From Gammaproteobacteria bacterium (GTDB lineage Bacteria > Pseudomonadota > Gammaproteobacteria > CAJXQU01), in assembly GCA_965238175.1 (NCBI GenBank), contig CBDEGZ010000003.1:160001-224000 (forward strand): a DNA stretch of 64,000 nucleotides. The letters run 5' to 3'. Shown piece by piece: positions 1 to 11,451 of this stretch. The notes under the pieces were generated by a model. That model did no database searches, had not been told where the DNA came from, and saw only the letters and a program-made list of their open reading frames with translations. Each line of letters begins with the position of its first letter. Position 1 is the stretch's first letter. The translations under genes and the position numbers were made by a program.

Positions 1-217
1 TTTCATCTGGTGATTGTGCAGAAAGTGAATAGGTGCCTGGTAAATCAATCAGGCTGGCAGGAACATTTTCTAATTGAAACTGGCCAACATGTTTTTCTAC
101 TGTCACACCAGGATAATTACCAATTTTTTGATTTAAGCCAGTTAACTGATTGAATAAAGTACTTTTGCCCGCATTAGGATTTCCAACCAGAGCGATAACC
201 AATCCATTCCTCTCCAT
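1..217 (-). CDS. feoB: Ferrous iron transporter FeoB, N-terminal GTPase part (runs off window; not in ORF track)
   Basis: Hand translation from ATG at 217: [42 protein letters not shown]...DLPG (G1/G2/G3 motifs); start overlaps feoA stop (TGATG). Confidence 0.93.
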   Translation of the reverse strand, partial: MERNGLVIALVGNPNAGKSTLFNQLTGLNQKIGNYPGVTVEKHVGQFQLENVPASLIDLPGTYSLSAQSPDE

Positions 218-447
218 CAACCCAGCTCCACAACAACCATTTTTGCTTCAGCTTTTCTCAAGGAAAGACAATAACCCATGACATGGATCTCAATTGGATC
301 ACCCCCTGGTGCAATACGAATAATTTCCAACTCGCTGCCTTCGAGTACACCTAATTGCATTAATCTTTGCATCACAGGACCTTCTGAATTAAACCCTGTT
401 ACTAATGCCTTTTTGTCGACTCCCAATTGGTCAAGCGTTATTTTCAT
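217..447 (-). CDS. feoA: Ferrous iron transport protein FeoA
   Basis: [31 protein letters not shown] FeoA pattern; likely start MKITLDQL at 447; directly upstream of feoB. Confidence 0.92.
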   Translation of the reverse strand: MKITLDQLGVDKKALVTGFNSEGPVMQRLMQLGVLEGSELEIIRIAPGGDPIEIHVMGYCLSLRKAEAKMVVVELG

Positions 448-530
448 TTCTTTGGTGCGTCCTGAATTACTACAATTATGGTTTGTGTAACAGAGATTAT
501 GTAAGAGTGCATTATGCAACAATCATACGT

Positions 531-551
531 TGATGTGAATCATTCTCGTTT
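531..551. promoter_or_regulatory. Putative Fur box upstream of feoAB
   Basis: TGATGTGAATCATTCTCGTTT resembles the Fur consensus; lies upstream of an iron-uptake operon. Confidence 0.55.
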
Positions 552-694
552 CCATTTCCGATTTCGTTTCTGTGTCATCTTAAACAAACGTCAATTTTCT
601 GTCAGAAATATAGACAAACGTATCTAAACGTCGCAATATCAGTCACCGTATATTGAAAAAATATAAACACTCACTGAAAACTAAGGATGGAATC

Positions 695-1066
695 ATGAGT
701 AAAAAAATAACAAATTTTGATTTCGATGAATGGATGCAGCTTGCAAAAGAAGATCCTGAATCTTTTGAACTAAAACGCACAGAGGCAATTCAAGATGTCA
801 TCTCTGGCGCGCGCGGCCATACCAAAAACCGTTTAGAGGGCTTGCAATGGCAACTTGATCAAATGTGTCAAACCTCAAAATCTCCTATGGCAACTTGTTT
901 GAATATCTCAAAATTGATGTGGGAAAATGTAAATGGTGAAGATGGTTTAGTCGATGTACTTAATCAACTATCTGGTAAAGCACCAGTTAAACAAAAATCG
1001 ACGAATCGGGCAGAGGTGGTAGAGTTGAAACCTAAATCTTCTGATCCATCAGAAGAAACTGGTTAA
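695..1066 (+). CDS. DUF3135-like protein
   Basis: FDFDEWMQLAKEDPESFE...RLEGLQWQLD pattern; start MSKK at 695 after AAGGA. Confidence 0.7.
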   Translation: MSKKITNFDFDEWMQLAKEDPESFELKRTEAIQDVISGARGHTKNRLEGLQWQLDQMCQTSKSPMATCLNISKLMWENVNGEDGLVDVLNQLSGKAPVKQKSTNRAEVVELKPKSSDPSEETG

Positions 1067-1071
1067 TTCGC

Positions 1072-1101
1072 TTGCATCTTTACCATTGGAAACGCTAGAA
1101 T
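1072..1101 (+). promoter_or_regulatory. Putative sigma70 promoter of rpmE
   Basis: TTGCAT-18 nt-TAGAAT followed by GC-rich discriminator TGCGCGC. Confidence 0.5.
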
Positions 1102-1172
1102 TGCGCGCTTTCCTTTTAATGGTTGGTTAATATCAATGATATTGGATCACCCCTTAGACAGTGTACTGAATT

Positions 1173-1376
1173 ATGAAACCAGAAATACACCCACGCTACG
1201 AAGAAATATCCGTCACATGCAGCTGCGGTAGTGTGTTTAAAACACGCTCTACATTGAAAGACCCAGAATTACATATTGACGTATGTTCAGAATGCCATCC
1301 TTTCTACACAGGCAAACAGAAAATTGTTGATACGGCTGGCCGTGTTGATAAATTCCGCAAAAAATACGGAATGTGA
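1173..1376 (+). CDS. rpmE: 50S ribosomal protein L31 (zinc-binding type)
   Basis: [32 protein letters not shown]. Confidence 0.98.
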   Translation: MKPEIHPRYEEISVTCSCGSVFKTRSTLKDPELHIDVCSECHPFYTGKQKIVDTAGRVDKFRKKYGM

Positions 1377-1421
1377 TATTCTGTGTAAGCATTCTCTCAG
1401 GCGTGCACCATACCAAAACAT

Positions 1422-1454
1422 AAAAAAAGGCTCTTTTAATTAAGAGCCTTTTTT
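1422..1454. terminator. Bidirectional intrinsic terminator
   Basis: AAAAAAAGGCTCTT-ttaatt-AAGAGCCTTTTTT between convergent genes. Confidence 0.85.
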
Positions 1455-1477
1455 ATTACCTGCAAATTTTCCAGTCA

Positions 1478-2482
1478 CTATTCCTTATAACTATAAGCTA
1501 CCACTTTATTATTATTCATCATCGGAATTAGTACTAAGCCACTCTCACTAATATATTCATGATCGGCTGACCCTTGATCAAGATCCACTAACATTTCGGC
1601 CTGTCCTTTTTGATCGACTAATAATAATTTTCCATTCAACCAATCTGTCACCAGAAAATTACCACTTGGTATTTGTTCCACTCCATCAAGGTTACCAATA
1701 GAAGCTGATGAGCCCATTGGTGATCCAAGCTCAGAAATCTCTCTATCACTAAGTCCAACTGAAAGTAGACGACCTGGAACACTGGTAGAAAACCCTTCGC
1801 CGTCGATAAATCCCCATGTACCAATAATTAGCTTGTCATCTGCAACCGTCAAACCATTAGGTGTATCCAAATTTTCGCTGGTTAACCAAAGATTCATAAA
1901 TCCGTCTTTGATCCTGTGAATACTGTTTGTCATCATGTCTGAGACATAAATATTACCATCTTGATCAGCGGCAACATCATTAAAGAAAACGGCTGATGAA
2001 ACCGGGTAAGTTGAAACAAGCGTTGCTGTCTCCAGATCAATTTGTACCACTCTATTAACATCAGCAACAAAAAGCTGATCGCCCGCAATCGCCATTCCCG
2101 TTGGTGACCATAACGGTTTACTGAACCATTCTAATTCGAGGATCTCACCTTCTAACGACATTTTAGAAATGAAGCCTTTTTCTTCTTTTTCCATTGGGCC
2201 GCTGTTGAGATTAGATACGTATAAAACATTGCGTTTTTGATCATGAATAACAGACTCTGGGGTTTTTAGTTCATTGTCTGAACTTTCCCAAAGCTTGCTA
2301 ATACTCCCATTATCTTTCTCTGTTTGTTCTGTATTAGTTTGCATTGTCGGATCGGATACTGCTTCAACTGGAGACTGCTCAGATGTAGTCTGATCAATAC
2401 CGGCCTTTTCCGATTCTGCTTGTTCTGAACATCCAACTAAAAATAAGCTGCTCAAAATGATTAGCACCATGAATGTTTTCAT
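1478..2482 (-). CDS. Lipoprotein, SMP-30/gluconolactonase-like beta-propeller
   Basis: Lipobox LVGC; TPES, PTGM, FNDV, PNGL, LDGV propeller motifs. Confidence 0.75.
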   Translation of the reverse strand: MKTFMVLIILSSLFLVGCSEQAESEKAGIDQTTSEQSPVEAVSDPTMQTNTEQTEKDNGSISKLWESSDNELKTPESVIHDQKRNVLYVSNLNSGPMEKEEKGFISKMSLEGEILELEWFSKPLWSPTGMAIAGDQLFVADVNRVVQIDLETATLVSTYPVSSAVFFNDVAADQDGNIYVSDMMTNSIHRIKDGFMNLWLTSENLDTPNGLTVADDKLIIGTWGFIDGEGFSTSVPGRLLSVGLSDREISELGSPMGSSASIGNLDGVEQIPSGNFLVTDWLNGKLLLVDQKGQAEMLVDLDQGSADHEYISESGLVLIPMMNNNKVVAYSYKE

Positions 2483-2558
2483 GTTTTATTCCCCTTTATA
2501 TAAATTATTTAATGAAACTATAAAAAATCCGTTCTTTTTTTAAAGAATGATTTTTTAC

Positions 2559-2930
2559 TCAAAGCTCCAGATCTGACCAAACAGCAAATTCATTGCCATT
2601 AGGATCTTTAAAATGAAAACGTCGACCTCCGGGAAATAAAAATATGGCTTGTGTTATAGATCCTTTTGCACTTTCAACTTTGGATTGAGTCTGCTCCAGG
2701 TTATCACTATAAAAAACAATTAGTGAGCTGCCTTTCTGGGAAGAGGCGGATAGATCAGATCTAAAAAATCCTCCATCTACCCCTGCATTTGAAAATGCCA
2801 TGTAGTCAGGACCATAATCGGTAAATGACCAACCAAAAACAGTGCTGAAAAATTGCTTAGTCGCTTCAAAATCACTTGCATGAAGTTCAATATAATTAAT
2901 TTTTTCGTGCTTATTTTCTGGATCAGACAT
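2559..2930 (-). CDS. VOC/glyoxalase family protein
   Basis: [37 protein letters not shown]. Confidence 0.88.
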   Translation of the reverse strand: MSDPENKHEKINYIELHASDFEATKQFFSTVFGWSFTDYGPDYMAFSNAGVDGGFFRSDLSASSQKGSSLIVFYSDNLEQTQSKVESAKGSITQAIFLFPGGRRFHFKDPNGNEFAVWSDLEL

Positions 2931-3738
2931 CGAATAATTTTCTCAGTTTTTGACCAGGGTCTGCCGCTCTCATAAAGGCTTCTCCAACCAGAAACGTAAA
3001 CACTTCATGCCGCCGCATCATTGCAATGTCTTCCGGCGTATGGATCCCACTCTCTGTCACAATCGTCCTGTCATGCAATATATCTGGCAATAGATCTATT
3101 GTTGTTTGCAAACTGGTTTCAAATGTTCGCAAATTTCGATTATTAATTCCGATCAACGGTGTCCTTATCATTAACCCACGTTCAAGCTCTTCTCTGTCAT
3201 GCACCTCGACCAACACATCCAACCCCAGTTCAGCAGCTAGCCAAGCCAAATCCTGCATCTGCTTATCTTCGAGACAAGCAACGATCAGCAAGATGCAATC
3301 TGCCCCCATCGCTCGGGCTTCATAAACCTGATAAGGATCAATCATAAAATCTTTACGCAATACTGGAAGATTACAAGCAGCTCGAGCATCGATTAAATAT
3401 TGATCGTTTCCTTGAAAATATTTTTCGTCAGTCAAAACGGATAGACAGGTCGCACCGGCTTTCTCATATGAAAGGGCTATTTCAACGGGATCAAAATTTT
3501 CCCGGATCACGCCTTTACTCGGCGATGCTTTTTTCACTTCAGCAATCACGGCCAGTTTTCCTTCACTGATACGCTGCTTTATTGCTGTCGTAAATCCGCG
3601 AGTAGGAACTGTGTCTTTAACTTTCGATTTTATCTCGTCTAGTGAGATTCGACTTCTTCTAGCAACAATCTCTTCGGCTTTATCGAGAATAATTTTTTTC
3701 AGAATGTCAGGGGTATTGTCCAGATTCAAGGTTGTCAT
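2923..3738 (-). CDS. trpC: Indole-3-glycerol phosphate synthase
   Basis: [34 protein letters not shown]. Confidence 0.97.
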   Translation of the reverse strand: MTTLNLDNTPDILKKIILDKAEEIVARRSRISLDEIKSKVKDTVPTRGFTTAIKQRISEGKLAVIAEVKKASPSKGVIRENFDPVEIALSYEKAGATCLSVLTDEKYFQGNDQYLIDARAACNLPVLRKDFMIDPYQVYEARAMGADCILLIVACLEDKQMQDLAWLAAELGLDVLVEVHDREELERGLMIRTPLIGINNRNLRTFETSLQTTIDLLPDILHDRTIVTESGIHTPEDIAMMRRHEVFTFLVGEAFMRAADPGQKLRKLFDV

Positions 3739-3753
3739 TACAGAGAGTCTTTA

Positions 3754-4782
3754 TCAGAATTGATTGGTTTTTTTGATCAGAGCATTTAGTTTTTGATCCG
3801 CTGCTCCACTGGCAATAGTTTCTCTCGCTTTTTCAATGCCTGTTTTCAGATCAACAGCAAGCCCCGCAACATAAATAGCCGAACCCGCATTGAGTAAAAC
3901 GATATCTAAAGCAGAGCTTTGCTCATTAGCAAGTACTGACTTCATCATCGCCAGACTAGGCTCAACATCCGTCACCGCAATCGCTGAACTACTCGCACGA
4001 GTTAAACCAAATTGTTCTGGCTCAATTGTATATTCACTAATCTCGCCGTCCTGAAGTTCAGCTACTTTGGTCGGTGCGCAAATACTGATCTCGTCCATCC
4101 CATCTTCAGAGTGAACCACCATGACATGATTACTACCGAGTTTTTGTAATACTTTTGCTAATGATAATACCCAATGATTGCTAAAAACACCGAGCACCTG
4201 ATTCGGTGCTGAAGCTGGATTTGTTAGTGGGCCTAGAAGATTGAAAACTGTACGAACACCGAGTTCTTTGCGCGGCCCAATTGCATGTTTCATTGCAGAA
4301 TGATGCATTGGCGCAAACATAAAACCAACACCAATCTCCTCAACACACTCTTTAACTTGCTCTGGTGTTAGATCTAATCTTACCCCGGCGGCTTCCAACA
4401 CATCAGCACTACCAGATTTACTTGAAACCGCTCGGTTACCATGTTTCGCGACGTGACAGCCTGCTGCCGAAGCAACAAACATACTGGTTGTCGAAATATT
4501 AAAACTATTAGAGGCATCGCCGCCGGTTCCAACGATATCAACGGTATTAGGCAGACTAGAAAGCTCAACACCTGACGCAAGTTCACGCATCACTTCTGCG
4601 GCAGCGGCAATTTCTATAACAGACTCGCCTTTCATTCGTAACCCAACTAAAAACGCGCCGATCTGTGCTTGAGTTGCTTCACCCTGCATGATGGTACGCA
4701 TAATTGATCGCATTGAATCTGGATCAAGATCTTGTTTGTTGATAAGTGCATCTACAGCGGCGGGAAGATCTAAAATTGCCAT
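3754..4782 (-). CDS. trpD: Anthranilate phosphoribosyltransferase
   Basis: DIVGTGGD, NISTT, KHGNRAVSSKSGSADVLE. Confidence 0.97.
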   Translation of the reverse strand: MAILDLPAAVDALINKQDLDPDSMRSIMRTIMQGEATQAQIGAFLVGLRMKGESVIEIAAAAEVMRELASGVELSSLPNTVDIVGTGGDASNSFNISTTSMFVASAAGCHVAKHGNRAVSSKSGSADVLEAAGVRLDLTPEQVKECVEEIGVGFMFAPMHHSAMKHAIGPRKELGVRTVFNLLGPLTNPASAPNQVLGVFSNHWVLSLAKVLQKLGSNHVMVVHSEDGMDEISICAPTKVAELQDGEISEYTIEPEQFGLTRASSSAIAVTDVEPSLAMMKSVLANEQSSALDIVLLNAGSAIYVAGLAVDLKTGIEKARETIASGAADQKLNALIKKTNQF

Positions 4783-4784
4783 GA

Positions 4785-5363
4785 CTACATCTCCAAAAAA
4801 ATTTTCAATATATCGTGACCATGCTGCGTCAAAATTGATTCTGGGTGAAATTGCACGCCGGAGATTGCATATTCTCTATGACGAAGGCCCATGATCTCAT
4901 CTAACTTTCCATCTGCAGTTTCTGTCCATGCAGTTACTTCTAAACAATCCGGCAATGTTTCCTTACTCACAACTAGAGAATGATATCGCGTTGCAGTAAA
5001 AGGATTATCCAGACCATGAAAAATATCTTCATCACTATGCAAAATCGGTGATGTTTTGCCATGCATAATCTCTCTCGCATGGATCACATCACCACCGAAT
5101 GCCTGACCAATACTTTGATGGCCAAGACAAACTCCAAGGATCGGCAACTTACCCTTGAAGCGTTTGATCGTATCGATAGAAATTCCTGCTTCATTGGGCG
5201 TACATGGACCGGGTGATATTACAATGCGATCCGGTGCCATATTTTCAATTTCGCCAACCGTGATTTGATCATTTCTAAACACGCGTACATCAGCACCTAA
5301 CTCACCCAGATATTGCACGATGTTATAAGTAAAAGAATCGTAATTATCAATCATTAATAACAT
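4785..5363 (-). CDS. trpG: Anthranilate synthase component II
   Basis: [30 protein letters not shown]; trp operon context. Confidence 0.96.
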   Translation of the reverse strand: MLLMIDNYDSFTYNIVQYLGELGADVRVFRNDQITVGEIENMAPDRIVISPGPCTPNEAGISIDTIKRFKGKLPILGVCLGHQSIGQAFGGDVIHAREIMHGKTSPILHSDEDIFHGLDNPFTATRYHSLVVSKETLPDCLEVTAWTETADGKLDEIMGLRHREYAISGVQFHPESILTQHGHDILKIFLEM

Positions 5364-5375
5364 TAATGTTCACCC

Positions 5376-6857
5376 TTATAAGCCATTTTCTGCCATTGCT
5401 ACCGCCCGAAAAACAGCGCGTGCTTTATTCATTGTTTCATTCCACTCCATTCTTGGAACAGAGTCGGCAACAACCCCAGCACCTGCTTGAATGTGTAAGG
5501 TACCATCTTTGATCACCGCCGTTCGAATTGCGATTGCGGTATCCATATTCCCCTGCCAGGAGAGATAACCGACCGCACCACCGTAGACACCGCGTTTTAA
5601 TGGTTCCAATTCATCAATAATTTCCATGGCTCTGATCTTGGGCGCACCACTTAACGTTCCGGCTGGAAAAGTCGCACGAAGAACATCTAACGCACTCTGC
5701 CCTTCGCTAATTTGTCCTATAACATTCGAGACAATATGCATAACATGCGAATAACGTTCGACGATCATTTTATCCGTTAGTTTTACGGATCCAATCTCAG
5801 CGACTCGACCGACATCGTTTCGTCCCAAATCAATCAACATTAAATGTTCAGCTAATTCTTTGGGATCTTCCAGTAATTCCTTTTCTAGTTTTTGATCGGC
5901 TTCGGTATTTTCTCCACGAGGTCTGGTTCCTGCAATCGGTCTTACCGTGACTTCGCCATCTTCTACTCGCACCAAAATTTCCGGCGATGAGCCAACGATA
6001 TGAAAATCATCCAGATCCAGAAAATACAAATAAGGTGATGGGTTCAAACAACGTAATGATCGATATAAATCCATTGGTGAAGCTTGGAAAGGAATCGACA
6101 ATCTCTGCGAAATAACCACTTGCATGGCATCGCCTTCAACAATGTACTCCTTGATTTTATCAACAGCCGCTTCAAATTTTTCTTGGGTAAAGCCAGAAAT
6201 AAAATCTTCTTCGTTGACTGTTCTCGACTCCGCAGGCGCAACTTTTTTAACATCGCCCTGTTCTAATTTTTGTACTAATTGCTCGAGTCTGGCCAAACCA
6301 TTTTCATAGGCATTACTGTCCGCCGGATTAGCATGAACAACGATCAATAATTTACCGCTGAGATTATCAAAGACTAGAACTTCATCGGACACCATCAATA
6401 AAATATCCGGGTTTCCCAAAGGATCAGGATTTGGACATTCAGACAAACGCGGTTCAATATAACGAATTGTATCGTAACCAAAATAACCGACTAATCCACC
6501 CGTAAAACGCGGTAAGCCTTCGACTTCCGGCACTACAAATTCTTTGCGGAAATTTTCGATCCAATCTAAAGGATCTTCAACCTCAAACTCTTCGATCAGT
6601 TCTCCAAGCTTCATTACCTGAATATTTTTGTCAGAAACACGCGCAACAATTTCTGCAGGCAAACCAATAATTGAATAACGTCCCCATTGTTCACCTCCCT
6701 GAACAGACTCAAACAGGTATGAATATGGACCGCTGGCAAGCTTTATATAAGCTGAAAGCGGAGTATCCAGATCAGCAAGAACTTCTCGCACTAGTGGAAT
6801 GCGATTGTAACCTTCAGCAACATAGCCTTTGAAATCTTCATTTTGCATCATGCTCAA
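5376..6857 (-). CDS. trpE: Anthranilate synthase component I
   Basis: [50 protein letters not shown]. Confidence 0.97.
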   Translation of the reverse strand: MSMMQNEDFKGYVAEGYNRIPLVREVLADLDTPLSAYIKLASGPYSYLFESVQGGEQWGRYSIIGLPAEIVARVSDKNIQVMKLGELIEEFEVEDPLDWIENFRKEFVVPEVEGLPRFTGGLVGYFGYDTIRYIEPRLSECPNPDPLGNPDILLMVSDEVLVFDNLSGKLLIVVHANPADSNAYENGLARLEQLVQKLEQGDVKKVAPAESRTVNEEDFISGFTQEKFEAAVDKIKEYIVEGDAMQVVISQRLSIPFQASPMDLYRSLRCLNPSPYLYFLDLDDFHIVGSSPEILVRVEDGEVTVRPIAGTRPRGENTEADQKLEKELLEDPKELAEHLMLIDLGRNDVGRVAEIGSVKLTDKMIVERYSHVMHIVSNVIGQISEGQSALDVLRATFPAGTLSGAPKIRAMEIIDELEPLKRGVYGGAVGYLSWQGNMDTAIAIRTAVIKDGTLHIQAGAGVVADSVPRMEWNETMNKARAVFRAVAMAENGL

Positions 6858-7523
6858 CTATGGAAATAGTTCGATCATTTCTGACAATGAATCGACCAAA
6901 AAGTCAGGGTTCGAATCTGCGATATTATTACCGTGATTATAACCGTACGTCACACAAAGGATGGGAACATTTGCAGCGCGTGCAGCGTGCAGATCATTGA
7001 CCGAATCACCCACCATTAATGTTTTTTCAGTTGTAGTTCCAAGTGTTTCCATAGCATGCAATATTTGATCAGGATCAGGTTTCTTTTTAAGCAAAGTATC
7101 ACCACTGATCACAATTGAAAAATCGTCGAGCATGCCAAGCGATTCCAAAACCGGCTCAGTAAACCGACCACGCTTATTCGTTACACACCCCAATTTGCAA
7201 CCATGCGCAAGCATATGGTCCATCCCTTCACGAACGCCAGGGTAATAGCTACTACGCTTGCTGGTATTTTGCATATAGAAATCGGAAAACAGATCAAACA
7301 TTTTCTGGAATAAAGCCTCATCCGGCTCGCCATCCATATCATCAGTAAGTGCCGCTTTAACGAGTTTTTCTGCACCTTTTCCGACCCAGGATCGGATTTT
7401 ATCTTCACCTTGCATTGGCAGATCTAATTCTTGTAAAGCTCGATCAACACTATAGGCAAGATCAGGAACGCTATCGATAAGCGTGCCGTCCAGATCAAAT
7501 AAAACTAATTCAGGCGTTTGCAT
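6858..7523 (-). CDS. gph: Phosphoglycolate phosphatase
   Basis: HAD motifs FDLDGTLIDS, KKPDP, MVGDS; conserved rpe-gph-trpE order. Confidence 0.93.
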   Translation of the reverse strand: MQTPELVLFDLDGTLIDSVPDLAYSVDRALQELDLPMQGEDKIRSWVGKGAEKLVKAALTDDMDGEPDEALFQKMFDLFSDFYMQNTSKRSSYYPGVREGMDHMLAHGCKLGCVTNKRGRFTEPVLESLGMLDDFSIVISGDTLLKKKPDPDQILHAMETLGTTTEKTLMVGDSVNDLHAARAANVPILCVTYGYNHGNNIADSNPDFLVDSLSEMIELFP

Positions 7524-7532
7524 CGTTTTCCC

Positions 7533-7573
7533 CTGAGGCCTGTTGATCTTTCATAAATATCAACAGCCCCTAG
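7533..7573. repeat. Short inverted repeat overlapping the rpe stop codon
   Basis: GGCCTGTTGAT...ATCAACAGCCCCTAG. Confidence 0.5.
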
Positions 7574-8247
7574 CAGCAGCTCAACTTTTCTAATTCTGAC
7601 CTCATTGTATCAATGGTCTTTTTATAATCATCACTACCGAAAATCGCTGAACCGGCGACAAAGGTATCTGCACCTGCTCGAGCAATTTCGCCAATATTAT
7701 CAACCTTAACACCGCCATCAATTTCCAAACGAATATCTCTACCGCTTGCGTTTATTAATGTACGTGCTTCATGTAGTTTATCCAGTGCAGAGGGAATAAA
7801 AGCCTGCCCTCCAAAGCCAGGATTAACTGACATCAAAAGAATCATGTCGACTTTATCGATTACATATTTAAGACAGTCGAGTGGTGTTGCAGGATTAAAA
7901 ACCAACCCCGCTTTACAACCAGAATCTTTAATCAATTGCAGAGAGCGATCTATATGATCACTGCCTTCTGGATGAAACGTAATATAACTTGCGCCAGCTT
8001 CGGCAAACTCATTGATCATATGATCAACCGGACGCACCATCAGATGAACATCAATCGGTGCGGTAATTCCAAAATCACGTAATGCCTGACAAATGACCGG
8101 ACCAAAAGTCAGATTCGGTACAAAATGGTTGTCCATAACATCGAAATGGACAAAGTCTGCACCAGCATCCAAAACGTCACGTACTTCTTCTCCCAAACAA
8201 GCAAAATCTGCTGACAAAATTGACGGTGCTATGACGAAATCTGACAC
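7570..8247 (-). CDS. rpe: Ribulose-phosphate 3-epimerase
   Basis: [40 protein letters not shown]. Confidence 0.97.
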   Translation of the reverse strand: MSDFVIAPSILSADFACLGEEVRDVLDAGADFVHFDVMDNHFVPNLTFGPVICQALRDFGITAPIDVHLMVRPVDHMINEFAEAGASYITFHPEGSDHIDRSLQLIKDSGCKAGLVFNPATPLDCLKYVIDKVDMILLMSVNPGFGGQAFIPSALDKLHEARTLINASGRDIRLEIDGGVKVDNIGEIARAGADTFVAGSAIFGSDDYKKTIDTMRSELEKLSCC

Positions 8248-8350
8248 GTGTTGTTATCTCGATAAATTCTGGACAAAAATAATGGCGCAACTTTACCTGA
8301 TCGGCAAGGTAATTGCAGCAAAATTACCTCTCTCTATCGCGTTTAAAAAT

Positions 8351-9364
8351 ATGATGTTCAAACACTATTTCCTGATCGGTCTGTTTTTTCTCCTGTCTGC
8401 ACAATTTACTGAGGCAAAGAAAGAAGAAGAAAAACTTGCGGAAACCACCGAGGAAATGCTTGAGCCAGCAGTAGAGAAACCGGATTTAGAAGAAGAGATT
8501 AGTACTCAAATCGAAAAGGCCCTGACGACAGGCGAAGCTGTTTGGCTGGGAGAAGAAGGTGCAAATTTTTTGAGTCTGTATAAATCGAATTCTTTTAAAA
8601 AGACACATGGTGGGATCTTATTTTTACACGATATAGGAGCCAATTCCGATTGGCCAAATTTGATCAAGCCTCTACGGTTGGCTTTTCCCAAAAAAGGGTG
8701 GGATACGCTATCCATACAACTACCTATGGTAAATGTCGATGCTGAAAAAACCGAATATCTAGGTCAGTTTGATGAAGCTGTCTCCAGAGTCAATGCAGGG
8801 GTTGAATTCCTGAAACAAAAAGGACTAACTAGCATCGTAATACTCGGTCATGGAATGGGTTCGATAGTCGCCATTTATGATCTGAATAAAAATCCACAAG
8901 AATCTGTTAAGGCACTAATAGCAGTGAGTCTTTCAGGTTCGGACACGATAAAACCACCATTAAAAATAGAATCACAGCCAATAGAAAATATGGCCGATCC
9001 CGCTACTATGGAAAAGCCCGACAAAAAGAAAAAAGACGAGATGAAGGAAAAAGCAGCAGAACCTACTATGGCAGAAATAGATCCAGCGGCGGAAATTCCT
9101 GAACGCGATCTATTCGCAGAAATGGCTAAAATCAGGATCCCATTCCTGGATATTTATGCACAGCAAGATCATCAAGATGTCGTAAGGGAAGCCGAAAAAC
9201 GTTCAGAAACCATAGAAGGTAATAACCAGGATTATTTCCAATGGGAAATTGAAGGCGCAGATCATTATTACCGTGGTCTTGAGGAACAGCTTCTCAAACG
9301 GCTTCGTGGCTGGTTAAAAAAACAAGTTGTCGAAAAAAAGCCTTCGATCTCTCCTAACGCATAG
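8351..9364 (+). CDS. Exported alpha/beta-hydrolase-fold protein (DUF3530-like)
   Basis: Signal peptide from ATG 8351; GGILFLHDIG..DWP..LR..GWDTLS, GHGMG, GADHYY; divergent from rpe. Confidence 0.7.
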   Translation: MMFKHYFLIGLFFLLSAQFTEAKKEEEKLAETTEEMLEPAVEKPDLEEEISTQIEKALTTGEAVWLGEEGANFLSLYKSNSFKKTHGGILFLHDIGANSDWPNLIKPLRLAFPKKGWDTLSIQLPMVNVDAEKTEYLGQFDEAVSRVNAGVEFLKQKGLTSIVILGHGMGSIVAIYDLNKNPQESVKALIAVSLSGSDTIKPPLKIESQPIENMADPATMEKPDKKKKDEMKEKAAEPTMAEIDPAAEIPERDLFAEMAKIRIPFLDIYAQQDHQDVVREAEKRSETIEGNNQDYFQWEIEGADHYYRGLEEQLLKRLRGWLKKQVVEKKPSISPNA

Positions 9365-9643
9365 GTTCTGACAAAATACTAAGGGATCCATATATTTTTT
9401 TGAATGGCGTTTATTATGAAACGTTTGAGCCAACATGGGTTTTCTCAGTTTGAATAGAACATCCACATCACATCTTTTACCAAAAAAGCACACTGCCTTG
9501 GGTAGTTATGCTGAAGTTTCTATGAATAACAAACCCGAATAGAAATCCAGCAAGCATGCTAGCAAAATTCGTTATTGAGATCGAAACAGAAAACTTTAAA
9601 AATAAAAATACCGGATATAGCAAATCGTTTTAGATAGCTAAAA

Positions 9644-11005
9644 TTATTCAAAGTGATGGGAGACATAATCTTTCTTTGTTGGCGAGACTATACAGTAAGC
9701 TAGTAAGATCACTGAGGATAGGGTTAAAGTGTAGCCATAACGAAAATCACAGGCAATCGAAATAATGAAATAACTTAACAAAAAAAGTATGGCAGTAATG
9801 CCTAGACTAGCTAGTACATATTGTTGTCTCTTGACCAGAATTATACTGCACGCAATACAGATCAAGCCATAGAACCAAAGGTAAAATAACGGGCTGTTCG
9901 CAAATATCTTACCAAAAAGATAGAGATAACCCGCATAAGGGTAGACCCTATTGTGAAGTCCTAATACTTCCGATAACTCAGTATCAATGGCTTCATGATG
10001 AAAAGTATTTATGCCCGAAAATAAAGGAAAACATAAACGCATGTCTCCAAAACCAAGGAGTGCTGAGAAATGTTCTACTCGGTGTGAAAGATAACTCAGA
10101 GGGTTTGCAAGGATACTTTTACCGAGTATTGAGAGGCCATCTTTTAGTGTTAACGACCAAAAGTGTCCTGAAGGTCCTAAAAGGGTATCTTGACGTGTTG
10201 GATCGTATTGTTTTTTAAACTGTTGTAATTCTTCTACTAGTTGTTTTGAGGTCTCTTTAGGGAGTTCTCCGTCATGTACCATAATACCGACGAGGTTATA
10301 ACGTATGATCACTCTCAAGCCAATATTAGTGCTGGTTGATTGCACGGGAGAAGACTGTTCTAAACTGTTAGAAATACTATGACTTAATAATATAGGTATA
10401 GCCAGAAAAATGATGAATATGATCGGTTTGAAAGCCTTGCGTGATGGCTGAAGAATAGTTAACCAAATAGTTGCAGGAATTAAGAAAAGTATACCTTGTT
10501 GTCTGCTGCCGACAATAATAGTCATTAATAAAAAGCAAAGTATCAATCGGCCAATATTGACAGGTCGGCCCGTCCACTGGAGATAATGGATAAATAAGAA
10601 AAGAAATACCACAGAATTTGCGAGTAAAACATCTTTCCACACGATCCCCGTGTATATGGCTATAACAGGATTTAATAACACATACATAGCTAAAATCAGG
10701 CGAACATAACTTGTTCTAAAATCAGCACTCAGAACTAACCAGATTGATGCTGAGAGTAGTGCCTGCATACTTAAAACAAATAATGCTGAGGCATTTCCAA
10801 GTCTGTCAAAAAAACCCAGTAACACCGACATAAAGGGAGGATGCCATGAAATGGAATGACCATATCGACCTTCGTATAGTTGTACTAAAGAATCAACACT
10901 AAGTTGGCCAGGAAGACCAATAGTTAAAGCAATACATGCTTGAAGGAATATGAAACAGAAAATAGCCGCTTTTCTGGTAAAGAGGAAAGAAAAAAGTGTC
11001 TGCAT
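9644..11005 (-). CDS. Polytopic membrane protein, probable GT-C-fold glycosyltransferase (paralog 1)
   Basis: Many hydrophobic segments; early loop SVDS..Q, HPP, WKD, C-terminal DFRY. Confidence 0.55.
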   Translation of the reverse strand: MQTLFSFLFTRKAAIFCFIFLQACIALTIGLPGQLSVDSLVQLYEGRYGHSISWHPPFMSVLLGFFDRLGNASALFVLSMQALLSASIWLVLSADFRTSYVRLILAMYVLLNPVIAIYTGIVWKDVLLANSVVFLFLFIHYLQWTGRPVNIGRLILCFLLMTIIVGSRQQGILFLIPATIWLTILQPSRKAFKPIIFIIFLAIPILLSHSISNSLEQSSPVQSTSTNIGLRVIIRYNLVGIMVHDGELPKETSKQLVEELQQFKKQYDPTRQDTLLGPSGHFWSLTLKDGLSILGKSILANPLSYLSHRVEHFSALLGFGDMRLCFPLFSGINTFHHEAIDTELSEVLGLHNRVYPYAGYLYLFGKIFANSPLFYLWFYGLICIACSIILVKRQQYVLASLGITAILFLLSYFIISIACDFRYGYTLTLSSVILLAYCIVSPTKKDYVSHHFE

Positions 11006-11128
11006 TTTTTGATTTAAATAGCTGAAATTTCAGAGGGTGCTAAAATTTATTATTTTTAGTGATTGGGCATCACCATAAAGAATCATCCTAACACAGAAAA
11101 AAAGTGTGCTCGAGTTAACTTTAAACTA

Positions 11129-11426
11129 TATACCCGTACTACTTGGAACCGCAGATTTCAGCAAGTCCAAGGGTCTACACAGCAAGGCAGCGTACGCCGA
11201 GAATAGTGGTTCCATTTTCAAGTACGCTAACGCCGTTGGGTAGATGCTTGGACTCGCCCTCGATGCTTGTTCCGGACAACATTCTACCTCGTCCGGGTGG
11301 CTCTATCGTTCTCGCTGGACGTCGTTGTGTGTCTGGAAAAGGGAACCACCCTTTCCGGCGAAACACGCTTTGCCAGCGAGAACGATAGAGCCACTGAAAC
11401 CTGCAGTTTCAAGTAACACGGGTATA
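11129..11426. mobile_element. ERIC-like miniature inverted-repeat element (MITE), 298 bp
   Basis: Terminal IRs TATACCCGTACTACTTGGAACCGCAGATTTCAG / CTGAAACCTGCAGTTTCAAGTAACACGGGTATA with TA ends; nested hairpins incl. a perfect 22-bp IR; GC-rich within AT-rich flanks. Confidence 0.8.
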
Positions 11427-11451
11427 AACTATTACACTTTCTTAAAGATTG

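Noticed and set aside
8093-8350. N-terminal extension of the 423-aa ORF
   Set aside because: Overlaps rpe antisense; the signal peptide starts at 8351
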